A DNA stretch of 64,000 bases. It comes from Macrostomum lignano. Its lineage: Eukaryota. The position numbers and the translations under genes are program-made. This document shows, one piece after another, positions 46,401-58,846 of the stretch. How positions within the stretch are numbered: position 1 is the stretch's first letter; each line of letters starts with the position of its first letter. Below the pieces are notes generated by a model. That model was not told where the DNA came from. It searched no databases and saw only the letters and a list, made by a program, of their open reading frames with translations. The stretch spans positions 53,408 to 117,407 of the forward strand of contig NIVC01002703.1 in NCBI GenBank assembly GCA_002269645.1, given 5' to 3'.

Positions 46401-49041
46401 TTTAGGAATTTTTGTACCCAAGGCGCAGAGACTGTACATGCCGGTCATAGACAGGGCAGATGTACACCCTGTGTGAGCGTGTGGATGAGTGCGTGCTTGT
46501 GTGTGCTCAGGAGCCAGTGGAATGGGCAGAGCTGCCTCAGCGCTGGCTGTGTGTCGCCGAAGGCCTTGCGCCAAGGTGTCTAAAGGCCCTCCTGCGAATA
46601 ATATTATTACTACTATTATTTATAATCTCGATGTTAAACGAATACCGATGACACAAAAAACATAAAACAAGGTCAAATTAACCCCAGTCTAGAAGAACTA
46701 ACCTATGTACCCGTTATGTCAATGAAGGAAAATATTAGTAAAACAAATTAAAGGCATTATCCCAATTTCAAAGCTGAGCAACCTCTCAGAGGTACATTAA
46801 AGGTACTTTAAATGTACTTTGCTGTTAGCGGCCTGTGCCCTCGTGTGCAGACTCACCCGGGAATCAACTCCGGATATTCGCACAGCTCTGCAGCTGTGCT
46901 GCCAACCAGACTTAACGGTTGGCGTGAAGAAGGCGAAGTCCGCCATTATTCGGTCCTTAGTAGATGATTCCTTATCCGACCATTCAATGGCCATGCTGTC
47001 CGGATCGTCTGGGTGTAGGGCGAGATTATATGAAAGTTCGAGTTAATAATGCCTTTTATATGCTCTGTGATAGTGTATGAAAAACCGTGATAGGCTATGG
47101 GGATCGGTGATAGGCTATGAAGACTGTGATAGTCTATGGGATCTGTGATAGTTTATGGGAATTGTGATAGTCTATGGGAACTGTGATAGTCAATGGGGAC
47201 TGTGATAGTCTATGGGCATCTGTGATAGTCAATGAGAACTGTGATAGTCTATGGGAACTGTAATGGTCTATGGGGATCTGTGGTAGTCTATGGGGATCTG
47301 TGATAGTCCATGGGAACTGTGATAGTCTATGGGAACTGTGATAGTCAATGGGGACTGTGATAGTCTATGGGCATCTGTGATAGTCAATGAGAACTGTGAT
47401 AGTCAATGGGGACTGTGATAGTCTATGGGGATCTGTGATAGTCTATGGGGTCTTTGATAGTCAATGGGGACTGTGATAGTCTATGGGGAACTGTGATAGT
47501 CTATGGGGATCTGTGATAGTCTATGGGAACTGTGATAGTCTATGGGGATCTGTGATAGTCTATGGAAACTGTAATGGTCTATGGGGATCTGTGATAGTCT
47601 ATGGGACTTTGATAGTCAATGGGAACTGTGATAGTCTATGGGAACTGTGATAGTCAATGGGGACTGTGATAGTCTATGGGGACTGTGATAGTCTATGGGG
47701 ATCTGTGATAGTCTATGGGAACTGTAATGGTCTATGGGGATCTGTGATAGTCTATGGGACTTTGATAGTCAATGGGAACTGTGATAGTCTATGGGAACTG
47801 TGATAGTCAATGGGGACTGTGATAGTCTATGGGAACTGTGATAGTCAATGGGGACTGTGATAGTCTATGGGCATCTGTGATAGTCTATAGGAACTGTGAT
47901 AGTCAATGGGGACTGTGATAGTCTATGGGGATCTGTGATAGTCTATGGGAACTGTGATAGTCAATGGGGACTGTGATAGTCTATGGGGACTGTGATAGTC
48001 TATGGGCATCTGTGATAGTCAATGGGAACTGTGATAGTCTATGGGGACTTTGATAGTCTATGGGGACTTTGATAGTCTATGGGGACTGTGATAGTCTATG
48101 GGAACTGTGATAGTCTATGGGGATCTGTGATAGTCTATGGGGATCTGTGATAGTCTATGGGAACTGTGATAGTCTATGGGGATCTGTGATAGTCTATGGG
48201 AACTGTGATAGTCTATGGGGATCTGTGATAGTCTATGGGAACTGTGATAGTCTATGGGCATCTGTGATAGTCTATTGGGGAACTGTGATAGTCTATGGGG
48301 AACTGTGATAGTCTATGGTCATCTCTGTGATGGTCTATGCGGAACTGTGATAGTCTATGGGCATCTGCGATAGTCTATGGGGAACTGTGATGGTCTATGG
48401 AGATGGAGATAGTCTACGAGTATGAGGACTGGAATGATATGTATGAGTCTAAAACTGGATTAACCAAGTGACTGAATATATCCGTTAAGACAAAAAGTAC
48501 ACGTGTACTAAAGCATAAAGTGCAAATTTGTACTCACAATGGAAATTCTGGTAGCTTCTATGTTGAGCCGGTGCACCCGCGGCGCACTGTACACTGAACG
48601 CAATGACAATGGCACAGCAGTAGGAGATCCAGACAGCGTGAAAAGCCAGCTTAGTAACTAAATTATCAAGCAGTTGGCTCGAGTTTCGGGCCATTAGCAT
48701 GACTGGCGGCAAAACGCAGGTGCAGCTTTGAAACGTCCTGAATGTCATGCAGCTGGCGGCTGCATGCCCTGACCTATAAGGACAAATTTGTGTTTATAGT
48801 TAACTTACGACTGAATATGTTGCGCTTGAAGCGAACGTGTATCTGTGTGTGCGAAAGCAAAGCCAGATGGAAAGTCTGTGGTCAGCAAATTGCACATTTT
48901 GACTAACTGATCATGCCATAAATGCCATCCACATCTTGCAAAGTTCCACTTTATCCTGCACGGAGCGCGTAGACGATCGAAGTGAGGTCCAGAAAAACTT
49001 CTTTTCCAAGTCCAAACTAAACGAGACTTTATTTCACTGCG
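43465..49041 (-). CDS. Unrecognised multi-exon single-pass (type I-like) membrane protein, 3' part
   Basis: Six open GT-AG exons with consistent phases: 49041-48809 (0/2), 48773-48538 (2/1), 47008-46857 (1/0), 46383-46185 (0/1), 45327-45218 (1/0; TM LLVLIIVLPVVCLIMGVLVTSIVY followed by QCHRHR), 43710-43465 (cytoplasmic tail ending PPYDIVTDIR*). Most donors are GTGAGT or GTAAGT. The start is not identified. Confidence 0.6.
43757..45150. repeat. Degenerate 16-18-bp pyrimidine-rich satellite (CCCTGCATCTTCCCCTCT)n ending in 8 units of CCCTAACCCTGCATCTC
   Basis: Direct inspection; explains the six long overlapping ORFs here. Confidence 0.93.
45493..45652 (+). mobile_element. 3'-truncated SINE family 1 copy
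   Basis: A and B boxes plus the CORE-like segment are present; the 3' part is missing. Confidence 0.75.
45775..46138 (+). mobile_element. SINE family 2, full-length copy with 15-bp TSD
   Basis: ATAGACATCAATTAA at 45760-45774 and 46139-46153; tRNA-like head; A-rich tail. Confidence 0.85.
47065..48420. repeat. 19-20-bp minisatellite (CTGTGATAGTCTATGGG[G/A]A)n filling an intron
   Basis: Periodicity is visible; core GATAGTCTATGG. Confidence 0.95.
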
Positions 49042-49270
49042 CTGCACGCGAAAATGTTTAAATTTGGGCTACCTGAGTTCTATAATTATATCTATCTGTC
49101 ACTTACTTAGTATCCGGCTGAAATGCATCATGAAGTGACTGAGAATCGAAATGGTACAGTTGAGAATTATGTCATTTCTGGGTAGCTGGTAAACCATTCA
49201 CTTTCACAATTAACGAATTCGAACTCCGGACCTGCGCTCGCATCCGGGTGCGTGCTCAAGGATCAGCGAA

Positions 49271-49935
49271 TTACTAGGTCTCCCCACTACCTCTCCCCAA
49301 TCAACCTCTACAGCTCTCCTCTCTCGACTCTACCTCTCCCCAATCAACCTCTACAGCTCTCCTCTCTCGACTCTACCTCTCCCCAATCAACCTCTACAGC
49401 TCTCCTCTCTCGACTCTACCTCTCCCCAATCAACCTCTACAGCTCTCCTCTCTCGACTCTACCTCTCCCCAATCAACCTCTACAGCTCTCCTCTCTCGAC
49501 TCTACCTCTCCCCAATCAACCTCTACAGCTCTCCTCTCTCGACTCTACCTCTCCCCAATCAACCTCTACAGCTCTCCTCTCTCGACTCTACCTCTCCCCA
49601 ATCAACCTCTACAGCTCTCCTCTCTCGACTCTACCTCTTCCCAATCTACCTCTACAGCTCTCCTCTCTCCCACTCTACCTCTTCCCAATCTACCTCCAAT
49701 GCTCTACATCTCCCCAATCTACATCTACCCACTCTACTTCTTTCACACTCTACCTCTCCCCAATCTACCTCTACTACTCTACCTCTCCACAATCTACTTC
49801 TACTAGAAATCTACCTCCAATGCTCTACCTCTCCCCAATCTACCTCTCTCTACTCTACCTCTCCCCACTCTACCTCCCCCCACTCTACCTCTCCTTACTC
49901 TTCCTCTCCCCACTCTACCTCTCTATTCTACCTCT
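49271..49935. repeat. 43-bp pyrimidine-rich tandem repeat degrading into CT-rich low complexity
   Basis: Unit CTCTACCTCTCCCCAATCAACCTCTACAGCTCTCCTCTCTCGA, about 8 good copies. Confidence 0.9.
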
Positions 49936-50392
49936 CCAGACTCATCCCCTTGTCTACTCACTCTCCTAGAATATAACTTGCTCTCTACTCTAACGATACC
50001 CTACTTTCTTCTTTATCCGCTCAATTGTATCTTCACAAATTTCTTCTCGTACGCTCGTATACTAAGACTGTACCAAGTAAATCTGCATTAAAAGTACATG
50101 TAGTGTATATAAAAAATAACATTAACACAATCACGTGCTTATCCAGTTCAATTGAAAGAAAAGATTCAGTCACCAAAAACTATGAAAACAGGTTGCATAA
50201 ACATGTATTTATAACTTTAGCAAGCCAATTATGCATAAGAGATGGCCACAGAAGATAAAAACATGTCTAAACCTTTGGCACTGTGAATTCACAGCCCATG
50301 AGGACCAACCCCAAAGGCACAGAGACTGTACATGCCTGGCGATTATAATGTCAATGCTGTGGATTCAGCGGAATGGGGAGTATTTCTGTTAA

Positions 50393-51830
50393 CTCAGGCT
50401 AGATTAGCAATCCATTCTATTCCTGCATCCATGATGTAGGCTAGATTAGCAATCCATTCTATTCCCGCATCCATGATGTAGGCTAGATTAGCAATCCATT
50501 CTATTCCTGCATCCATGATGTAGGCTAGATTAGCAATCCATTCTATTCCCGCATCCATGATGTAGGCTAGATTAGCAATCCATTCTATTCCCGCATCCAT
50601 GATGTAGGCTAGATTAGCAATCCATTCTATTCCCGCATCCATGATGTAGGCTAGATTAGCAATCCATTCTATTCCCGCATCCATGATGTAGGCTAGATTA
50701 GCAATCCATTCTATTCCCGCATCCATGATGTAGGCTAGATTAGCAATCCATTCTATTCCTGCATCCATGATGTAGGCTAGATTAGCAATCCATTCTATTC
50801 TTGCATCCATGATGTAGGCTAGATTAGCAATCCATTCTATTCCCGCATCCATGATGTAGGCTAGATTAGCAATCCATTCTATTCCCGCATCCATGATGTA
50901 GGCTAGATTAGCAATCCAATCTATTCTTGCATCCATGATGTAGGCTAGATTAGCAATCCATTCTATTCCCGCATCCATGATGTAGGCTAGATTAGCAATC
51001 CATTCTATTCCCGCATCCATGATGTAGGCTAGATTAGCAATCCATTCTATTCTTGCATCCATGATGTAGGCTAGATTAGCAATCCATTCTATTCCCGCAT
51101 CCATGATGTAGGCTAGATTAGCAATCCATTCTATTCCCGCATCCATGATGTAGGCTAGATTAGCAATCCATTCTATTCTTGCATCCATGATGTAGGCTAG
51201 AATAGCAATCCATTCTATTCCCGCATCCGTGATGTAGGCTAGATTAGCAATCCATTCTATTCCCGCATCCATGATGTAGGCTAGATTAGCAATCCATTCT
51301 ATTCCCGCATCCATGATGTAGGCTAGATTAGCATTCTATTCCCGCATCCATGATGTAGGCTAGATTAGCAATCCATTCTATTCTTGCATCCATGATGTAG
51401 GCTAGATTAGCAATCCATTCTATTCCCGCATCCATGATGTAGGCTAGATTAGCAACCCATTCTATTCCCGCATCCATGATGTAGGCTAGATTAGCATTCT
51501 ATTCCCGCATCCATGATGTAGGCTAGATTAGCAATCCATTCTATTCTTGCATCCATGATGTAGGCTAGATTAGCAATCCATTCTATTCCCGCATCCATGA
51601 TGTAGGCTAGATTAGCAACCCATTCTATTCCCGCATCCATGATGTAGGCTAGATTAGCATTCTATTCCCGCATCCATGATGTAGGCTAGATTAGCAATCC
51701 ATTCTATTCTTGCATCCATGATGTAGGCTAGATTAGCAATCCATTCTATTCCCGCATCCATGATGTAGGCTAGATTAGCAACCCATTCTATTCCCGCATC
51801 CATGATGTAGGCTAGATTAGCAATCCATTC
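50393..51830. repeat. 42-bp minisatellite (ATGATGTAGGCTAGATTAGCAATCCATTCTATTCCCGCATCC)n, about 34 copies
   Basis: 42-nt period; explains the MDAGIEWIANLAYI ORF. Confidence 0.97.
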
Positions 51831-51939
51831 TGTGGCTAGAATAGCAGTCACAGAATCGCTGCATCCTTGATAGAAAATGCAGCTGAGCACTATAATCAGA
51901 GTGAAAAAAGGCTACTAAAAGTACTTTGTTTCATAAAAA

Positions 51940-52420
51940 TCAATCAAAATCGTGCAGATACGGCGTGGCGAAGAACTCCGTCACTCGAGTGCTCAGCAAT
52001 TCCGATTCAACGCCTCCAGCTGAAAGTTCAGGAGCCTCCACGCAGCCGCGACCTCCGATGCACACCTGCCTGCTGAGGTGCTTCATCAGCCGGCTGGCAG
52101 CCTCCTCAGGTATTCGCTTTGTAAGCTCGGCCAGAGCCAGTGAGAACAGGGCCAGCCTGTACACATTTGCAGGACAGTCCAGCGACACCTCGGAGCGCAC
52201 GGAGCGCCACAGAACCTTCACTCCATCGTCTGGCGTGGCCGCGGTAGCCGAGGCGGCGGCAATCACGGCCGCCTGCCGACTCACTCGACGTCCAGCCTCG
52301 GTGGAAGTCACCGAAGTCAGGCAGGCTCGAGCAGTGTCCAGGTAGGCCTGAGCGGAAGCTGATGATGACCCGCATCGAGACAGCAGATGGCTGAGCAGCC
52401 CGTCAAGGATTTCCGGCGGA
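51940..52420 (-). CDS. GC-rich coding-like exon or ORF of unknown product
   Basis: Open frame of about 160 codons (LDGLLSHLLSRC...SEVSLDCPANVYRLALFSLALAELTKRIPEEAASRLMKHLSRQ...) with exon-like GC content; possible donor CAG|gtgtgc at 52066. No family recognised. Confidence 0.45.
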
Positions 52421-52614
52421 TCCAGAATTTAAAGAATGGATATTTTGCAGCTTCCTTTGTTCACAAACTCGATTTAAATTTGAAAAATTATCTGCAGAAT
52501 TTTTCATTGAAATTTTTACTTCGTATAACTGTTCCAATGGGTTCAAATTAAATTTAAATGAGACAAAATAATTCAAAGTTTCACAAAGTCTTAACGAAAT
52601 TCGAAGTTTCCGAA

Positions 52615-53250
52615 AAATACTATCTTCAAAATCTCTCTCCAAACAAACCGGGTTCAAAATCGCTCTCCAAACAAACCAGCTTCAAAATCTCTCTCCAAAC
52701 AAACCGGGTTCAAAATCTCACTCTTCAAACAAACCAGGTTCAAAATCTCTCTCCAAACAAACCAGCTTCAAAATCTCTCTCCAAACAAACCGGGTTCAAA
52801 ATCTCTCTCCAAACAAACCGGGTTCAAAATCTCACTCTCCAGAGACTAGCTTCAAAATCTCACTCTCCAAAGAGACTAGCTTCAAAATCTCACTCTCCAA
52901 AGAGACTAGCTTTAAAATCTCACTCTCCCAAAGAGACCAGCTTCAAAATCTCACTCTCCCAAAGAGACCAGCTTCAAAATCTCACTCTGCAAAGAGACTA
53001 GCTTCAAAATCTCACTCTCCCAAAAAATACCAGCTTCAAAATCTCTCTCCCAAAGAGACCAGCTTCAAAATCTCACTCTCCCAAAGAGACTAGCTTCAAA
53101 GTCTCACTCTCCAAAGAGACTAGCTTCAAAATCTCACTCTCCAAAGAGACTAGCTTCAAAATCTCACTCTCCAAAAGAGATCAGCTTCAAAATCTCACTC
53201 TCCCAAACAGACCAACTTCAAAATCTCACTCTCCCAAAAAATACCTGCTT
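52615..53250. repeat. About 30-bp degenerate tandem repeat (CCAGCTTCAAAATCTCACTCTCCCAAAGAGA)n
   Basis: Direct inspection. Confidence 0.9.
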
Positions 53251-53639
53251 CAAAGAGTCAATAGTCTGTCAAAGAGAATCAGATTATAGTTCACATAGGG
53301 TCAGCTTTAAAACCTTAATCAAAGTAATAAAATTAAGATTAACAAAGAAATTAGGAAATTTTCATTTTATAATAAGCTTTATAAAATAATCAGCCAGGCC
53401 AAAACGGTATGGTAAGCCCAACAATCCGCATTTATATTTGAAACGTATAAAATTATAAATATTATAACAAAATGCTTTCAATGCAACAATATTCATTACT
53501 AAACTCTCTTCAACACAGCGTAGCAACAAAGCAGAACTATAACTTTAAGAATCTTCCGTAATTTTCTTGGAAGGCAAAAATCAAACGGTTTTCATTTTTT
53601 GCGGTAAGGAAACTTTTCAGGGTGTTTTATGGCGATTGA

Positions 53640-54790
53640 AGGCCACTCTCATTAGGAGGCTGAGGGCGATTTTTACAGGGAGGCTAAGGGCGATTCTCAC
53701 AGGGAGGCTGAGGGCGATTCTCACAGGGAGGCTGAGGGCGATTCTCACAGGGAGGCTGAGGGCGATTCTCACAGGGGGGCTGAGGGCGATTCTCACAGGG
53801 GGCTAAAGGGCGATTCTCACAGGGGGTTGAGGGCGATTCTTACAGGGGGTTGAGGGCGATTCTTACAGGGGGTTGAGGGCGATTCTTACAGGGGGTTGAG
53901 GGCGATTCTCACAGGGGGTTGAGGGCGATTCTTACAGGGGGTTGAGGGCGATTCTCACATGGGGTTGAGGGCGATTCTTACAGGGGGTTGAGGGCGATTC
54001 TCACAGGGGGTTGAGGGCGATTCTTACAGGGGGTTGAGGGCGATTCTCACAGGGGGTTGAGGGCGATTCTCACAGGGGGTTGAGGGCGATTCTCACAGGG
54101 GGTTGAGGGCGATTCTTACAGGGAGGCTGAGGGCGATTCTCACAGGGAGGCTGAGGGCGATTCTCACAGGGAGGCTGAGGGCGATTCTCACAGGGAGGCT
54201 GAGGGCGATTCTCACAGGGGGGCTGAGGGCGATTCTCACAGGGGGCTAAAGGGCGATTCTCACAGGGGGTTGAGGGCGATTCTTACAGGGGGTTGAGGGC
54301 GATTCTTACAGGGGGTTGAGGGCGATTCTTACAGGGGGTTGAGGGCGATTCTCACAGGGGGTTGAGGGCGATTCTTACAGGGGGTTGAGGGCGATTCTCA
54401 CATGGGGTTGAGGGCGATTCTTACAGGGGGTTGAGGGCGATTCTCACAGGGGGTTGAGGGCGATTCTTACAGGGGGTTGAGGGCGATTCTCACAGGGGGT
54501 TGAGGGCGATTCTCACAGGGGGTTGAGGGCGATTCTCACAGGGGGTTGAGGGCGATTCTTACAGGGAGGCTGAGGGCGATTCTCACAGGGAGGCTGAGGG
54601 CGATTCTCATAGGGAGGCTGAGGGCGATTCTCATAGGGAGGCTGAGGCCGATTCTTATGAGGGGGACTGAGGGCGATTCTGAAAGTGAGTTGAAGGCAAT
54701 GAGATGAGGGCGATTCTGAAAGTGAGTTGAAGGCAATGAGATGAGGGCGATTCTCACTCAAGGGGAGTTCAGGGGCGATTCTCATGGAGA
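53640..54790. repeat. 23-24-bp minisatellite (GAGGGCGATTCTCACAGGGGGTT)n
   Basis: 23-nt periodicity with a higher-order block duplication. Confidence 0.95.
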
Positions 54791-54865
54791 TTAAAGTCGA
54801 CAATCAAGGCAACTGCGGGGGGATTTCAACTACTCGTATTTCAGCTGCCGGCCTGGCTAATCTTC

Positions 54866-56199
54866 CTAGTCTTTATCCCGAGCCAGTAGTCCTTGTTTCG
54901 GACCGGACATTGCAGCCACGGTGCCGCGCGCTCCCGAAGGCTTCCGCTGCTGTCCGCCAGCCGCAGTGGAATCTTCCGCCTCCTCAATAGCCGCTTCAAC
55001 AGTCAGCAGCCTTGGCCGGGCGCCGGCAGTCAGCACCGACCTGACCGATGGTGGCAGGCGAAGAACGCCGACAACCCGGCCAAGCACCAGGGCCTGGTGC
55101 ACCGGGCCGTACACTCGGCTGTCCTCTGAGCCCTTCTGCGTGCCTTCCAACCACAGGTGCCACGGCCGCACGATCACCTGGCGAGAGCCGCCACCACCGC
55201 CGAGACCGAAGCCGCTGCTGCAGGCATCGAAGGAGCTGCTGGGGAATTTGTCGCTATTCTTTGTTTCTACGAAATCGTGGCTTAAGGCCGTTAATCGCTT
55301 CACCTGCGGGAGTGTGGCCAGGAAAAAATCGAATTAGTTGGTTGGTTTACCTGGGTGAGGCATTAGGAGGCTACTAAGCAGTTTGGGTTGCCTGGGATTA
55401 CAGGGGTCTCCTGTCGGGGTAAATCTCGTTTATCTGATGGGGTGTCCGCTAGGATACAGCTTGGGTACCTGGGGTTACAGCTTGGGTACCTGGGGTTACA
55501 GCTTGGGTTACCTGGGGATACAGTTTAGGTACCTGAGGATACAGGTTGGATACCTGGGGGATACAGTTTGGATATCTGGGGACACAGGCTGGGTACCTGG
55601 GGATACAGGTTGAGTTACCTGGGGATACAGTTTGGATACCTGGGGATACAGTTTAGGTACCCGAGGATCACAATTTAGGTACCCGAGGATCACAGTTTAG
55701 GTACCCGAGGATCACAGTTTAGGTACCCGAGGATCACAGTTTAGGTACCCGAGGATCACAGTTTAGGTACCCGAGGATCGCAGTTTAGGTACCCGAGGAT
55801 CACAGTTTAGGTACCCGAGGATCACAGTTTAGGTACCCGAGGATCACAGTTTAGGTACCCGAGGATAAAGCTATAATACAAAATAACAGACATAGTCACC
55901 TGGACACAGTTAGGATCCCTGGGAGACAGGAACACAATCAGCTGATCAATTCGCAGCTCCTCATAATTGAGCACAGGCCGCACTAGAATGAAATCTCGCC
56001 AAGGTGCACCGCCGCAGTCTGGCGAACTGACGGGATTCAGTACCGGTCGCATTGAAGCGCCATCAACCCGCATGAGGGACAGGGGGCAGTGCTGATAGAC
56101 AATGTAGCCCGCTAAACAGGCTGTAGCCAATGGGATGCTGCGAGGTGAAAAGTAGGCTTGGCTAAGCCGGCCCAATAGGCGGCTCCACCAATGGTGTGG
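54866..56199 (-). CDS. IMMP2L: Mitochondrial inner-membrane peptidase subunit 2-like (S26 signal peptidase); exons 56199-55900 and 55303-54866
   Basis: RVDGASMRPVLNP (catalytic Ser; human IMP2 RVEGASMQPSLNP), FLSPRDP..Q|VKRLTAL (catalytic Lys), HLWLEG...SEDSRVYGPV. The phase-0 intron CAG|gtgact...cgcag|GTG joins in frame. No ATG at the exon-1 start. IMP2 rather than IMP1 is a judgement from the Ser-box. Confidence 0.85.
55440..55862. repeat. 22-bp minisatellite (GGTACCCGAGGATCACAGTTTA)n in the IMP2 intron
   Basis: 22-nt period, degenerate toward the left. Confidence 0.9.
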
Positions 56200-56221
56200 C
56201 TGCAGATTTTACAGGCAGATG

Positions 56222-57932
56222 GCTTCATTAGCACGTGACTTGATAACTGGAGGCCTTTTATTAGCACGTGACGTGATAATTGGAGGCCTGTCATTATTAG
56301 CACATGACTTGATAATTGGAGGCCTTTCATTATTAGCACCTGACTCGATAATTGGAGGCCTTTCATTATTAGCACATGACTTGATAATTGGAGGCCTTTC
56401 ATTATTAGCACCTGACTCGATAATTGGAGGCCTTTCATTATTAGCACCTGACTCGATAATTGGAGGCCTTTTATTAGCACGTGACGTGATAATTGGAGGC
56501 CTGTCATTATTAGCACATGACTTGATAATTGGAGGCCTTTCATTATTAGCACCTGACTCGATAATTGGAGGCCTTTCATTATTAGCACCTGACTTGATAA
56601 TTGGAGGCCTTTCATTATTAGTACCTGACTCTATAATTGGAGGCCTTTCATTATTAGCACATGACTTGATAATTGGAGGCCTTTCATTATTAGCACATGA
56701 CTTGATAATTGGAGGCCTTTCATTATTAGCACCTGACTCGATAATTGGAGGCCTTTCATTATTAGCACCTGACTTGATAATTGGAGGCCTTTCATTATTA
56801 GTACCTGACTCGATAATTGGAGGCATTTCATTATTAGTACCTGACTCTATAATTGGAGGCCTTTCATTATTAGCACCTGACTCGATAATTGGAGGCCTTT
56901 CATTATTAGCACCTGACTTGATAATTGGAGGCCTTTCATTATTAGCACCTGACTCGATAATTGGAGGCCTTTCATTATTAGCACCTGACTTGATAATTGG
57001 AGGCCTTTCATTATTAGCACCTGACTCGATAATTGGAGGCATTTCATTATTAGTACCTGACTCTATAATTGGAGGCCTTTCATTATTAGCACATGACTTG
57101 ATAATTGGAGGCCTTTCATTATTAGCACATGACTTGATAATTGGAGGCCTTTCATTATTAGCACCTGACTCGATAATTGGAGGCCTTTCATTATTAGCAC
57201 CTGACTTGATAATTGGAGGCCTTTCATTATTAGTACCTGACTCTATAATTGGAGGCCTTTCATTATTAGCACATGACTTGATAATTGGAGGCCTTTTATT
57301 AGCACGTGACGTGATAATTGGAGGCCTGTCATTATTAGCACATGACTTGATAATTGGAGGCCTTTCATTATTAGCACCTGACTCGATAATTGGAGGCCTT
57401 TCATTATTAGCACATGACTTGATAATTGGAGGCCTTTCATTATTAGCACCTGACTTGATAATTGGAGGCCTGTCATTATTAGCACATGACTTGATAATTG
57501 GAGGCCTTTCATTATTAGCACCTGACTCGATAATTGGAGGCCTTTCATTATTAGCACCTGACTCGATAATTGGAGGCCTTTCATTATTAGCACCTGACTC
57601 GATAATTGGAGGCCTTTTATTAGCACGTGACGTGATAATTGGAGGCCTGTCATTATTAGCACATGACTTGATAATTGGAGGCCTTTCATTATTAGCACCT
57701 GACTCGATAATTGGAGGCCTTTCATTATTAGCACCTGACTCGATAATTGGAGGCCTTTTATTAGCACGTGACGTGATAATTGGAGGCCTGTCATTATTAG
57801 CACATGACTTGATAATTGGAGGCCTTTCATTATTAGCACCTGACTTGATAATTGGAGGCCTTTCATTATTAGCACCTGACTTGATAATTGGAGGCCTTTC
57901 ATTATTAGCACCTGACTTGATAATTGGAGGCT
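56222..57932. repeat. 36-bp minisatellite (TTGATAATTGGAGGCCTTTCATTATTAGCACCTGAC)n, about 47 copies
   Basis: 36-nt period; explains the 577- and 581-aa ORFs. Confidence 0.97.
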
Positions 57933-58411
57933 TAACCTTCAATTTAAAAAAACTTTTAAAGTAAGACTAACACTACTCCAGATATGCTTGTTAAAGTAGT
58001 ATATATATTATATGACATTTCCTAGTCAAAAATGTCAGGCTGCTGTCAGGATCATTGCTCATTCCTTCAAGGTTGCATATAGCCTGCAGGACTCGCAGAA
58101 CTGTTGGTGGACTGGCTTAGACATCCGCAGTGTCAGGGCTCCAGTGAACTTAAGCAGCTCCTCCCTCCTTTTTCTCCGCAGTCACACCATAGCAACAGAA
58201 ATGGTGCTTCTTTCCTGGCATCAAGCCATCCATTTTGAAGAGCCAGGTGTCTCAGCTCAAAGACCATCTTGATCAGTTTTTTAGGCTCCTCTTTTCCAGT
58301 GTCTTGCTCTCCTTCCATCCTCTTCGTTTGTCTTCTTTCACTTCCTTTCCCTTTTCCTCTTTGTAGCCATGGGGCATCATTGGTACTATTGGTCCTTGAC
58401 CACTCTCATGG

Positions 58412-58846
58412 CCACAGATACTGGAATAAATAGATGGGCCACTCAGCACATTTGCGTGTAAGCTACTCTCAGTTCAGTAGTAAGTTAAACTGAAGCATTT
58501 TAATGCATTTTTATAAAGACAAGGCTCCTTTTATTGGCTTTAACCCCCCTTCGCCTAAACCCTCCAACTGTGCCTTTCCACACTACCCCTTCTGCCTTAA
58601 TTTTTATTGCCTTTCTCGGAATTCCAGCCTAAAGCTGCCATGTAACATTTCAGTGGACTGGCTAATGTACATTATTCCTGAACCAATTAGCAAGTTGTTT
58701 ATGCCTGCAAGCTTGGGCTTCTAAACTTATCAAAGTCATCTTAGCTGCCTTTCTATAAAATTGCTTATGTATTTTTCTTTGCTAATGAACTGAAAGTAGA
58801 AAACTATATGCCTAAATGGCCTATCTAGTTATTTTAGTATCTTTGT
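58412..58846. mobile_element. Second, inverted copy of the 12932-13371 MITE
   Basis: Reverse-complement alignment; flanked by TCATGG on both sides. Confidence 0.75.

Noticed and set aside
50394-57964. Repeat ORFs of 306 aa (MDAGIEWIANLAYI) and 577/581 aa (PPIIKSGANNER / IIGGLSLLAPD)
   Set aside because: Unit lengths of 42 and 36 are multiples of 3, and both strands are open at 56.2-57.9 kb; there is no non-repeat coding context.
58000-58400. Possible decayed LINE fragment or upstream IMP2 exon
   Set aside because: No RT motif or phase-compatible ATG-donor pair could be supported.
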